This document shows positions 26,069 to 64,000 of a DNA stretch of 64,000 nt, one piece after another. Positions within the stretch are counted from its first letter, which is position 1. Every line of letters starts with the position of its first letter. The stretch is from the NCBI GenBank assembly GCA_051294375.1, contig CM119270.1, positions 5,402,152 through 5,466,151 of the forward strand, in the 5' to 3' direction. The stretch is from Paraspadella gotoi (lineage: Eukaryota > Animalia > Chaetognatha). Position numbers and translations under genes: made by a program. Under the pieces are notes generated by a model, which was not told the origin of the DNA, did not search any database, and worked only from the letters and a program-made list of their open reading frames with translations.

Positions 26069-27986
26069 ACATTCTTTAACATTTAAGGGTAAATGATTTG
26101 AGGTTCAAAAAGAAAGAAAAAGAACGTGGAACAATTTATTTTTATTTATTTTTAAGGAATGAATTTTTTCAATTAATTACAATTAATTTTAATTATTTTT
26201 CTCTTACAGTTTTCTACAATTTCGTTTTAATGTACTCTGTTTTCGTCCCTCGTTTGATTTTGGTCTTAGTACATTTTTAAAAAAAGATTTAACTAATAAA
26301 ATAAATTTTCTACTTGGATTTTTTTTTGTTCTATTGTTTCTCGTTTTTTTATCTGGATCTTTTGTTTCTTTCTTTTCAATTAAAACCGTGAATTTCGATT
26401 TGGGTCCGAATTTTCGAAATCGTTCCCCATTTTGAATTTTGTTGTTGACATGCGAAACATTGTTTTTATTTATTTTTTTCAGTAATAATTAGCCTAATAT
26501 TACGGTCATGCCCGGGACGTCAATCGACTAATTTCATCTAAAAAAAAACAAAAAAAGCACAATAAACAGAACAAAGGAAAACAAATCAACGGGAAATATA
26601 ACACACAATTACAATTTTTTTTTAAAAAAATGTCAAATCGTATTTTAGTTTTATTTTAAGGTGCGTTGAGACGAGCAAGGCACTAGCACAGATCATTTCT
26701 CAAACACAGCGACCGACTGCATTGCCTTATGTTATTCCCATTTTTTTGTTTTTTCTTTCCTTTTTTAAAAAAAAATCACATTAAATGGAACGAGATTCGA
26801 TGGGCGAGATATAAAATCATAGAGAGATTGACAGAGATAGACAGAGGTAGACAGACGGACAGTGGGTGACAGAGAGAGAGAGAGAAAGACTGATAATAAA
26901 CAAACTGCAATACCAAAAATGTCATTTTTTCACCCTAAGTGTGAAAATTATTAAGCAAATCGTGTTAGTAGTTGTGATAGTCGAAGCAGTAGTAGTTATA
27001 GATAAGAGACACAGAGCGATATAATAGTCGTTATATTACATTTTTTTTAAAATTTAATGGAACAAGAAAGAAGTTTCTTTAAAGATGTATCGACTTATGA
27101 AAATTGCAAAATTGTTTCACTATTTTAAGTCTCAGATTTTATAATGTTCATTAAAATTATTTATTACAAATTTTATATTTTTCATTTATATATATAATCT
27201 AACTCTGAAAATATTATATTATTAAATTATATATTGTAAAAGAATATATTAAATAGCGTTACACTGGAGACTCATATTTCGTTGTTGTCGTTGCGAAAAA
27301 AAAGGAGGCAAAAGGCAAAAGTAGCGACTTAAATATTTTAGATCAAATATCGATTTTGTTTAGACACGTTTAACGTTACGAGTCTGTCGTGGTCACCCGA
27401 TAGCCCCTTTTCTAAATTAAAATAGGTTGACTTTAGGTGAAGGATGTACAAACTAACGCATATGCGCAACTGTTTTAAAATTTCGCAGAGTCGATCGATA
27501 ATCAAATTTCTCGTGTTGACGAATTATCTATACAATTGTATACATACGTAATACTGACCATCAAAATCTGAGTCTTTTTTAAAGGATTTTATTTAATTTT
27601 ACAAATTGACTTGGATCAGTAACAAAAAAAAATTGTCATCAACTAAAAAAGCGATGGTAAATATATGTAAATATATATATATATATATAAATATATACGT
27701 AAATATATGCGCACACGTATGATAATTTCAGTAAGCGAGCCACCGATGGTTATTAATGGTTTTATTCGATAGAATATAATTTTCAGTTTTTGTCCAAAGC
27801 ATTATTCTTTTAAATACACATAATTTTAAATCTTAAGCATTCTCAGTAAAATAACACTTAATCAGAAAATACAAATAGAACTACAATAAGAGCCACTAGG
27901 ACCTAAGTGAAAGAATTACGAACTGCTGTTGAAATGTAAGATTGTGGCAACAACAACACGCAACATTACCAGATCAAGAACTGGTC

Positions 27987-28020
<34 letters not shown>

Positions 28021-29111
28021 ACTCAATCGCCGACCGATCACCACGGTCACCAATGGTCATCATTGACTCTCTCCCGGATTTCCTCAGCCGGTTCCTTTGT
28101 AAAGTTATTGTTACTGTTTTTATTGTTTATTTTTTTATTTTTTAAAAATTTTTTTATTGTTACTGTTTTTTTTTCTCCACTTGTTGATTTTATATTTGTT
28201 GTTGGAGAACGAATCATTTTCGATCTGAACTTAGTCTTTTTATTAACTGCCACACGAATATTCATTTCTTATAGTTGAGCGTTAGGAAACACAGTGAGTT
28301 CATTCTGAACTCGAGCAATAGCTGTAACACTATTCAGGACTACATTGAAAGCGGCGTCTCTCTTCCTCGTTTCTTTTCGTCTCCCACGCCATCTCAAATT
28401 GGATGGAAAACAAAAAGGCATCGTCTGGAAAGGAGTGACGCTTGGGAGCGAATTGCCCTTTTATTTACATCGCGTCGATTGACACGTTTTCGTCGTCATT
28501 GTTGTTATCGTTGTTGTCCGTGGGTTTTTTTTTTCATCGATTGTTCTAGAAATGCTTAAGTGTAGTATTTTTTTTTCTATTTATGTTCGTACAGAAGCTT
28601 TTGTAGTAGTGATGGAGGTTTGTGTTTACGAACAGCATGTTTGGCACCATGCCCTTTTCACGTCACATATTGCAATTCGGTCATTTTGATAAAAAAAAAA
28701 TAATCATCCTCTTGTCATGACCGACCACGCCGTTCCACGGCAGCAACGACTACAGACTAGGAAAAAAAATTGGCTTTTTCCTTTCTGAGAAATTTATTTG
28801 CACAGAAGAGATAAGCAAAACAAAGAGGCAAAGTTATCAATAAGAGAGAAAGAAAGAGACAGAGAGGGAGAGGGAGAGAGAGAGGGTGACCGACAAAAAA
28901 AGAGAGACAGTCAAACAGAAAGAAAAAATGTTTTGGCTTTCCACTTGACGCGTGGTCGAGAAAAATACGTTTCTTTATTTAATTTACAAGTCAATTTATT
29001 CAGTCAAAATATATTATATTTTATATATATATTTAAACTAAAGAATTCTGGTAAAACGAAACGGAAAGAAGGAAAGAAAGAAACAAAAATGAAGGAAAGA
29101 AAGAAACAAAA

Positions 29112-29175
<64 letters not shown>

Positions 29176-29330
29176 AGGAAAGAAAGAGAAAAAAGTAAAA
29201 AATTATCATTTTGTTTTTGAAGGTAAAAAGATTCGCTTTCTTTCTCTTTCCATTTTTTCCATTAACTCTTCATTAAAATTCCAAGAAAAAACTCTTAAGC
29301 TGAGTTTTCATCATGGTCCGGGTATTAAGA

Positions 29331-29386
<56 letters not shown>

Positions 29387-30159
29387 AAGAGAGAGAGAGA
29401 AGAGAGAGAGAGATAAACTTTTTCCGTCATTGAAGTTAATGTAGGAAGGAAAAGAGGTGAACAAGATTCTGACGAAGAAAAAAAAAAAAAAAAAAAAACA
29501 AAACAAAAAACAGTTAGGTATATTTCAGTTCGCATTTTGTTTTGACAAATACCGAGAAAACACTTCATGCCTGATGCCAGGGATGCTTGAGCATTGAGCC
29601 AATGGCACTGCCCAAGGAATATGTCAAATATTATTACAACCTTTTTTTCCTTATATGAAAATTGCAAAATTATAACGGAGATAAGTTTTAGATTTTCGAA
29701 ATATTCATTAAATATTATTACAAATTCTATTTTTTTATTTTTTATCATTATTATTTTTATGAATTTTGTTTTTATATCTATTGAATTATATTATTTTTAT
29801 TTAAAAATGAATTTTATTTTAATGAGTTGTTAGTGTTGCTTCTGGAAATAGAGGAGCATCTTACATTTCACTTATTACGTTAAAACGACGAAAATCCGTA
29901 GCGTATTTAATATTTTCAAAGTCAGGAGCCACTTTTTATCCCCGTTTCCTGCTCTGTTTTATTATGTTTATTTATTCTGTTTTGTTTTGCCTTTTTTTTA
30001 TTGCTGGACGAATTTGACAATTTGGAGTCCACGAAAATAGCATATGGTTACCAAATTCGCAGTCAGCAGGTGATGCGAAAAAAAAGCGATTTAAAATTGT
30101 AAATAAAATAGAGGAAAGAAAATGTATGAGGGGATTTTGGTCTTCAAATTACCCAAGAG

Positions 30160-30255
<96 letters not shown>

Positions 30256-32269
30256 AGAGATGAAGTTTATAGTTCCGTCGAATTTTGTTTGACGTCCGTT
30301 TCACTACGGTCATCAAAGACGTCGTCGTCGTCGTCGTCCTCTCTCGAGGCGTTGACGTTGTCGTCGTCGTTCTTTTCCTCCTCCTCCCCCTCCTCCTCCT
30401 CATTTTCCTCCTCCTCAACCGGAAGTTGCGAAACGCGAGCGAGATTTTCGCGGATCAACTAGATTTTGATTGGCTAAAAAAAACTGGTGAAACCGCGATG
30501 ATTGGACGATGGACAAAAAGGTCGAAAAGTTAGGACTGATATGAAAAAGGGTAACATTGTGTCTAATTATTTTGGTCAGCTTACCGGCTTACAAAATGTT
30601 CGGTTGAGAAAATTAAGCTAATATAAAATTTTGTACTTGAGTATACACTATGTAAATTTTTTCGTTCGTTTTTTTGATTAACAATATTTAGATTTTAATC
30701 TTGCAGTATTTAGAATTTATCAAATTTTCTTTGTTACTTTGTACAGATAAAAATGACCACTTCAAATTGATAGTTCATTTTCTTGGGAAATTTCTCTCAC
30801 GGCAATTTATTCTTTTTTACTGCTCTTCCGAAATAAATTCTCGAATATTTTCGAATAATTTATGCTTAAAAATCCTTTCATCTCTCCTTTCATCTTTTTC
30901 ATTTCATAATTTTTTCATATCTTCCGTTTTATAAATTTTGCCACTATGATGAAAGTTTTTAAAATTGTTTTTAGTGCGTTTTTATTATTGTTAATAATTA
31001 TTATTGATGTATCTCTCCTTTTCGTTACTCCATCTTTGCGTTGCGATTTGACGATAGCTCCTTTAGGCTTTACTTCTTCCTGCAGTGAATTTAACGTGAC
31101 AAACATGAAATCTTTTGTTTCTTGTTCGGTTGTTCCGGGACAGAGCTACATAGAGCGACACCTCGAGAATGTAAAACAAAATTCAGAGCTTCACGTAATC
31201 TTAATAATCAAACAAAAGTTTCGCTTTAGCTTTGGGGACCGGTAATTTAAAATAATAAGTAAATGTTTTTTTGAAATTTTAAGCATTTTTGTTAAAAAAC
31301 CTATTAATGGGTCAAGTGAAATGATTGAAGCAACTTTTCTACTTAAAATTGTATTTCTGAATCAAATATGAGTCAATTTCGTAAAAAAAAATTTTATAAA
31401 GAAGTTGAACAATAAATAAGGGAAAAGGAGAATAATAAAAAAAAAGACAATTTTTTTTGATGTTGATATTTCCACAAGAATGAAAGCAAATAACTGGTAA
31501 AACTGTAAAAAAATTTCTAAATCAAAGACAAAAGACAAAAAGTTGGTAAAAATATTTATTGCCTAAAATGACGTAAGGAACATTGGTGACAACAAGAATT
31601 ATATTGGCTGCCTTATGGTTCAGATTGAAAAAAAAACAACATAGCAATCACATGACTTCGTTATTATTTTTCCTAAGTTGTAAATCTGATCCAGGGGTCA
31701 ATAGGGTCGAGAGAAAGAAAGGGAATGAAAAAAGTTGGCGTTTGGAAAGTAGAGATTTTGGAAATTTGATCGCAGGCGGAGGTCCGGGGGGGGGGCGCAG
31801 TTCCAACGTAAATCATATCACGAAGATTAGAGGGAATGAATGACAACATTTCTAAAAATAGATGGAATTCGGAGATGAGACACAACTGTTGATCACAACA
31901 AGTATTTTTCGTCGTTATGATAGTCTTTTTCTTTAATAAAACCCTCGGTCTATGAAATTACATCGAAAATAATCTAGGTTTGTTTAATCTCAAATAAATT
32001 TTAAAACTATACGCTAAAATGTCTTCTATACATCGCCCAACTATGAAAAAATACTTAATTTTTAAATTAAGTTGTATTAAAGATACTTCTGGCGACAATC
32101 GATAAAGGGGAATGAAAAAAAAAATCGATGGGATTTCAAAAAAGGATGGGATTGGAGATTTTGAAGATGAGCTTTGGGAATTCTGTTGCAGGTAAAATAC
32201 TTTTTAAGATTTAAAAGGAAATGGAAACCGAGTGATCGCACTCCATCGAGGATGAATAAATTGCTTATA

Positions 32270-32857
32270 CAGTCATGTGCAAAACAAAACGCGCCACTTC
32301 ATATAAGCCTTTAAAAATCACCCTGTATATTTGAATTTTTTAAAAAACGTTTAAAAGTAAATTAAAATTTATTAAAAAGATAAAGATTGTAGAATTGGTA
32401 TAAATTTTATTAAGATCCGGCTATCCGTTTTGGAGCAGGGATTTTTTAAAATGAAATACTCTGCAGCAAAGTTAAACGTCAAAATTCTTTCTATAATATT
32501 TTATGTTTTTTGTAATACAGTAAAAATGAAAAAAAAATTAAAGGAACATCCGTAGAGATAGCTGGACAACTGGAATTATCCAGATGTCAAAATATTAATT
32601 TCCAAGTTATCAAAAAATAAGATAAATGATAAATAAGATAAATGATTCTGAAGCTTTTGAAAAATATTCGATTTTGCTTTCTTGATTTAGAACACACAAG
32701 TTTAAAAAATCATATCTCCTAAAAAACTTGACCGATTGTGATAAAACTTATACACATAAATTTATTTTTAAAATAACTTCATTTTCCTTAGACATTTTTT
32801 GAAAAAATATTCTGGAATTTAAAGTTGTAAAGTGGCGCGTTTTTTTTGCACGAGTTA
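32270..32857. mobile_element. Tc1/mariner-type MITE (~590 bp)
   Basis: TA-CAGTCATGTGCAAAACAAAACGCGCCACTT (32268-32299) and inverted AAGTGGCGCGTTTTTTTTGCAC (32830-32851). TA-CAGT is the Tc1 terminus. No ORF. Confidence 0.75.
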
Positions 32858-33193
32858 CGTTGCTCATTGTTGATTGGTAGATTTACTGTCAATACGATTT
32901 CGTTGTATCTTAAGTTTAACTTCTGATTCTATTAAGTGTTTACCGTCAATGAGAACACAGAAAATTAGGTGTTACTTAAGATCACAAGTCACGAAATTGA
33001 TAAAAAAAAACAATTTAGCTCATAGCTTAATTTCCGAATAAGATGAATAACATCGTGAGCTTGACAACATAATCAGCTAATCAAGATGAGCAGTATGAAC
33101 GGTATAAACAGTACCATCGGGTTCGGCATTGGTCTCTAAAATTGTAATCGTTATCACGTGGACAAATAATAATAAATAAGCGAAGTCGATGGG

Positions 33194-58722
<25,529 letters not shown>

Positions 58723-58764
58723 CTTATTTGTAAAGGGGGGGGAAAGGGAAGGTATTTGTGATTA

Positions 58765-58900
58765 GTACCACCAATATCAAAATTTAAAAAAATATGCTTT
58801 CTACAAGCTTTCAATCAGTGTCTAGTCTCGTCACTCCCAAAATACCTGGCTCACCTATGAATGAGTTAGTAAAATGTTTTAAAGAATGTTTAAATTGTTT
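58765..58900 (-). repeat. Dispersed repeat, copy 4 (inverted, decayed)
   Basis: CAAGCTTTCAATCAG...AGTCTCG..CACTCCCA..ATACCTGGCT is the reverse complement of the copy 1 core. Confidence 0.75.
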
Positions 58901-59118
58901 AAAATGACGACTCCGTTAAGTATCAGATCGGATTGGATAGCGGGGCAAGAGAGACATTGGTTGGTCTGCTTTGGAAAATAGTTGTGCTTTTCTTCTAAAC
59001 TAAACTTCTTTGTGATCAAGGAAACAGATTGAATTTGACGAAATATTGGGTTAAATTTCATCTTTATATAAGTTATATAAGTTATATAACTATTATATAT
59101 AAATTATATAATATATAG

Positions 59119-59149
<31 letters not shown>

Positions 59150-59551
59150 ACTATTAGGCCGAATTTGAGTCGAATTTGAGGCGAGTTCAACTGATTTACA
59201 AATGGAGTTAAAGTGGGCCAAGAGGGAGTGAGAAAAATATATATTTTTGGTCAACATTAAGTCCTTTTGGCGATTCTGTCAAGGAGTCCCTGTCACTTTT
59301 CTTCCAGAATGTATAGGAAATTTTAAAATACTGCCTCATACTAGATTAAAAATAAAAGCGCATCAAAAGGTTTTTTACCTTTTAACTCATTTCATTCACT
59401 TTTAATTCATTGTTAGGCCATTTAATCCTTTTTTAAACGGCCTTTCCCACTTATTTTCCTGGAGTCGTAAATCAGAGGTCGTGACTCCAATCATTTTCAG
59501 ATTCTCCGTCTCCGTTCCATTTTTTAGCCTCATCTTTCATTCTAATACCCC

Positions 59552-60310
59552 CCCGCCAGATTATCTCTTCCCCAGCCCGGATTATCTCTTCCCCAGCCCG
59601 GTTATCTCTTCCCAGCCGGATCTATCTTCCCGCAGATTATTCTTCCCGCGATTCGATCCTTCCCCAACCCGTTATCTTCCGCCATATATCACTTCCCCAG
59701 CCCGATTATCTCTCCCCAGCCCCCGATTATCATCTTCCCCAGCCAGATTATTCTTCCCAGCCCGATTTTCTTCCACCATATATCTCTTCCCCAGCCCGAT
59801 TATCTCTTCCCACCGATTATCTCTTCCCCAGCCAGATTATCTTTCCCCAGCCCAAGATTATCTCTTCCCCAGCCATTGATTCTCTTCCCAGCAGATTATC
59901 TCTTCCCGCTGATTATCCTTCCCCAGCCAGATTATCTCTTCCCCAGCCCTATTATCTCTTCCCCAGCAATTATCTTTCCCAGCGCCCGATTATCTCTTCC
60001 CCAGCTCGATTATCACTTCCCCAGCCAGATTATCTCTTTCCCCAGCCAAATTATTCTTCCCAGCCGATTATCTCTTCCCCAGCTCTTATCACTTCCCCAG
60101 CCAGATTATTCTTCTCCAGCCCTTTATCTTTCCCCAGCCAGATTATCTCTTCCCAGCCCGATATTCTTTCCCGCCGATTATCTCTTCCCCAGCCAGATTA
60201 TCTCCCCCGCCGTTATCACTTCCGCCAGATTATCTCTTCCCCAGCCAATTATTCTTCCCAGCCAAATTATCTCTTCCCAGCGATTATCTCTTCCCAGCCC
60301 GATTCCCTTT
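59552..60310. repeat. ~20-bp minisatellite (CCCAGCCAGATTATCTCTTC), roughly 35-40 copies
   Basis: Direct reading. Many single-base indels. Confidence 0.92.
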
Positions 60311-60469
60311 CTCTTGCCCAATTATGATTCCTCCAACCTCATTACGATTATCAATCTCCAAAACATATGTTGTCATTTCTCCAGCCCAAATTATCATTCC
60401 CTCCCAGCTTCAATATCTTCTTCACACTTTCGAACTCGACGTCACCGATCCGAGTCCTTGGCATCTCGA

Positions 60470-61010
60470 TTCCCTTCACCACCTTCAACCCGTCTACTCT
60501 TCCTCCTCACTCCCTCACCCCCCTCCGCCCCACCAACCACCTTCACCTTCACCAACCTGCACACCTTCACCCGTCTCTTTCCTCCCCTCACTCCCTCACC
60601 CCCTCCGCCCCACCAACCACCTTCACCTTCACCCCTTCACCACCTTCCGTCTCTCTTCCTCCCTCACTCCTCACCCCTCGCCCCCACCAACCACCTTCAC
60701 CTTCACCACCTTCACCCCTTCACCGTCTCTCTTCCTCCCCTCACTCCCTACCCCCTCCGCCCCACCAACACCTTCACCTTCACCCTTCCCACTCACCGTC
60801 TCTCTTCCTCCCCTCACTCCCTCACCCCCTCCGCCCCCACCAACACCTTCACCTTCACCACCTTCACCACCTTACAGTCTCTCTTCCTCCCCTCACTCCC
60901 TCACCCCTCCCCCACCACAACACCTTCACCTTACCACTTTCACCACCTTCACCCGTCTCTTCTCTCTCCCTCACCCCCTCCGCCCCCTCCGCCCCCACCA
61001 ACCACCGTCT
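60470..61010. repeat. ~65-bp C-rich minisatellite (CACCTT...CCGTCTCT...CCCTCAC...CCGCCCCACCAAC), ~8 copies
   Basis: Direct reading. Confidence 0.9.
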
Positions 61011-62198
61011 CTATCTCTATCGGCTGATTTCAGAATTCGTCGGCGACCAAGAAAAATGGGCGTCGCAATTCGGGGGTCGTGACTTTTTTCCTCGGCGTTG
61101 TCGTCGTCGTCGTCGTTGTCGTCGTCGTCATCGTCGACCGTCGTTGTTATCGTTCTTTTGTTGTTGTCATCATTGATCGATGTTCTCATCGTTCTTTGGT
61201 CATTTTCATCATTGATCCTCTTTGTCATCCTTCGTTGGTTGTTGTGGTTCGTCATCGTAGTCATTGTTGTCATCGTTGTCATCGTCGATCGTCGTTGTTA
61301 TGATTCTTTGGTTGATGTCATGTTGTCATCGTTCTTTTGTCGTTGTCATCGTAAATCGTCATTGACATTTTCCAATTTTTTTTTAGATCGGCTGTCTCCG
61401 ACATAAAATTCTACTGTGTTTTATACAAAATACATTTATGATTATATGATTATACATAACTGAATTTTTTCACATATCGTCAAATTGTAGAGCTGTTGAT
61501 GCTTGATAATGTAATATTTTATTTTCCGTTCAATTAATATTACTTTGGGCATTGTTGTCGTCGTTGTTGTCGTCGTTATTGTCGTCGTCTGCCAACGAGA
61601 GGAGATTCGCTTATAAATCTTACTTTTTCGTCTCCTGAATTCTTAATATCATTGCATCGGTCCGACTCGTGTTTCATCCCTTGTTTGTTTTTCACTTTTC
61701 TTTTCTTTAGTTCCTCCTCTTTGTTGTTGTTTGCGTTGAAAACTTTGTCGTCGTCTTTGTCATCGCCTTCTTTTTGTCATTGGCCGTTCTCGACTTCGTC
61801 ACCTTCGTTTTTGTCGAATTGTCGTCATTGTTTTGTTCATCGAAAATTTCATCGTCATCATTGTCGTTGCCATCTTTGTCTTTCTCGAGGTCATAACATT
61901 CGTCCTTTATGAAGAATAAAGGACAAATAATATCATGTCATTGCTTTTCAGTTGTCATCTTCGTGGTTGTCGTCGTCGTCCTCAACGTCGTCATCGTCGT
62001 CGTGGTCGTCGTCGTGGTCGTCGCCCGGTCGAAAATCTGCTGGTCCCCCCGAATCGGGGATCACGTGACGCTTTTGACAGAAGATAATCGAATTTGCGGT
62101 CAAAAAACAAAATCGCTCGATGGAGGGATTCCAATCGAGCGGAAAAAGTGATCTCGTCTCCTGCGTGGTCTCTGTACTCTCTCTCTTCTCTCTTCTCT

Positions 62199-62239
<41 letters not shown>

Positions 62240-63407
62240 CTCTCTTCTCTTCTCTTCTCTCTCCTCTCTTCTCTCTCTCTGTCAATGTTGCATTCTTTAA
62301 TGAATAAAGGTTATTTTTATATATTTTAGATACTATCGTCAAATTCGACTGGTACCAAATCGTCAAAAAAACTAAATTATCCCGCATCGGATGTACAGAT
62401 ACAAAAAAAAAAACAACCAAAAAAAGAGAGTGAAATAAATATAGAAAAATAAAATTGGAAACAATTTGAATAAAATGGCGAATATGGATCATCGAAACGG
62501 TGAGTGAATCTGGCATTGAAGGACAATAATTAAAAAAAACTACCTTTATTAAATAATTGACAAACACTATACATAGTAATTTACAGCTTTTTTTAAAAAC
62601 AATTTATTTCTATTTTTTTTTCTTCAAATTCCAAATTCACGAGTTCGACTTCGCGACCTTTTTTTGGGGGGTTTGGGTGGGGCGGGGGGGAGTAAGTGGC
62701 GTTCACATTTATCAATTGTCAAATGTCAGTATTTCTCGAAATCACATAATCCGTTAACGGACATTGTCACACAAAAAAAATCTCAAATGTTCGATCGTGA
62801 TACTGGGAGTATGTCACTTATAAAAGCCGATTGAGTTAAGTTTTTTATGCTGTGCCTATCTCATTGATTCAAATGTTTAGCGATGCAATAAAAAATGTTT
62901 TCATGTTCAGAAATGAAAGTTTAAAAAGCAAAAAAGAAAATTTTGAATTCGTATTTTCTCTCCCGTTCGCTAAACGAGCAAAAAGGGGGTCGAAAGGGCT
63001 TTCTTCGATTTTAATATCTTTAAATGTCATCTCTCTCTCTTCCCTCTCCCTCTCCTCTCTCCTCTCTCTGTCAGAAAAGTTAAAAAAGAAAATAATAAAA
63101 TGTTTATATGTCTCGCATCGCCCCTTCAGCAGCCTGGTCTAATTTTTCCCGAAACAGAAAACAAACAAGTTTTCGCTGTTTATATTTGTTAAGCCTCTCT
63201 TCTGCCTCTCTCTCCTCTCTCTCTCTTCTCTCTACCCTTCTCTCTTTTTCTCATTAAAAATTATGCTTCACAACGTTTTTCTATTTTTCTTTCTTTATTT
63301 TTTTTTCTCTCAACCAAAACCATGCGCCTGTAAAATTGCCTTATTTTCAAACAAATTTTCTATTGCGCTGGCGAGAGAGAGATTGAAAATGATGGAGAGA
63401 GAGAGAG

Positions 63408-63443
<36 letters not shown>

Positions 63444-64000
63444 AGCAATCATACAAAAGGCGGTTTTCCCCGTTTAATCACCACGTTTTTCAACTCCACC
63501 TTTTGTCAGCAGCGAACGTCAGCGACGACGACGACGAAACGACAACAACAACAACAACCGCAACAACATTCCCCTCGTGAAAATTACGAATCTGTTTCGA
63601 CTTCCGAGGATCGATTTCTCTCGAAATTTTTTTGTGCTTTTTAAGTTAATCTTGATTTTTTTTATTTGAAAATTTTGTTAGTATAATTATTACAGCCTCG
63701 TTATTGTCTTATCTCTATTTGTTGTCGTCGTCGCTTTAATGATCGTTGTTGTCTAATTTCTCATTCGTCATCGTTGTAAACGTCAACTCCGTTTTTTTTT
63801 TCGCCGATTTCAACAATAAACTCGATCAATATTAATCCTCGACCAATCAGATCGCTCGAAAGGGAAGCCTGGCGAGCCTCGATCAAATCGGTCTTGTTTC
63901 AAGTTGTCGCTCAAGTTGAAGTTACTAAATTTTCGTCCAATGCATATTAACCCATTTTTCGGTTAAATGTATTCGAAAGATAAGCAGGTAATCTTTTCAA

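Noticed and set aside
59876-61176. Long ORFs of 252-383 aa
   Set aside because: Three overlapping frames are open across two stop-poor minisatellites, so this is a compositional artefact.

Overview
Animal (invertebrate-type) nuclear DNA: AT-rich and extremely rich in microsatellites, with CpG-rich exons and two N-gaps. Most entries in the supplied ORF track are simple-repeat artefacts. The main content is a ~33-exon minus-strand gene (~58.7 kb to the stop at 33194, roughly 1,800 aa). I reconstructed it by hand from GT-AG sites and reading-frame phase. It encodes a presynaptic active-zone scaffold of the RIM/Piccolo/Fife/Clarinet family, with a Rab-binding helix, Cys8 zinc finger, PDZ, an RQLPxxP motif, C2A and C2B. 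A second minus-strand gene starts at 21691 with a signal-peptide-like N-terminus and low-complexity exons, and probably continues into an FN3-domain exon at 8022-7807. The non-genic features are a ~4 kb foldback of ~144-bp tandem monomers ending in a CACTA-type terminus, a Tc1 transposase remnant and a Tc1-type MITE, a second MITE family, a DINE/Helentron-like element, a four-copy dispersed repeat and several minisatellites. Two observations are the most unusual. One is a TSD-flanked, CCA-bearing retrocopy of the 3' half of mature tRNA-Leu. The other is a tandem amplification of a real splice donor that creates a ladder of polypyrimidine-YAG|GT (recursive-splice-like) sites. All homology statements come from recalled family motifs, not from database searches.
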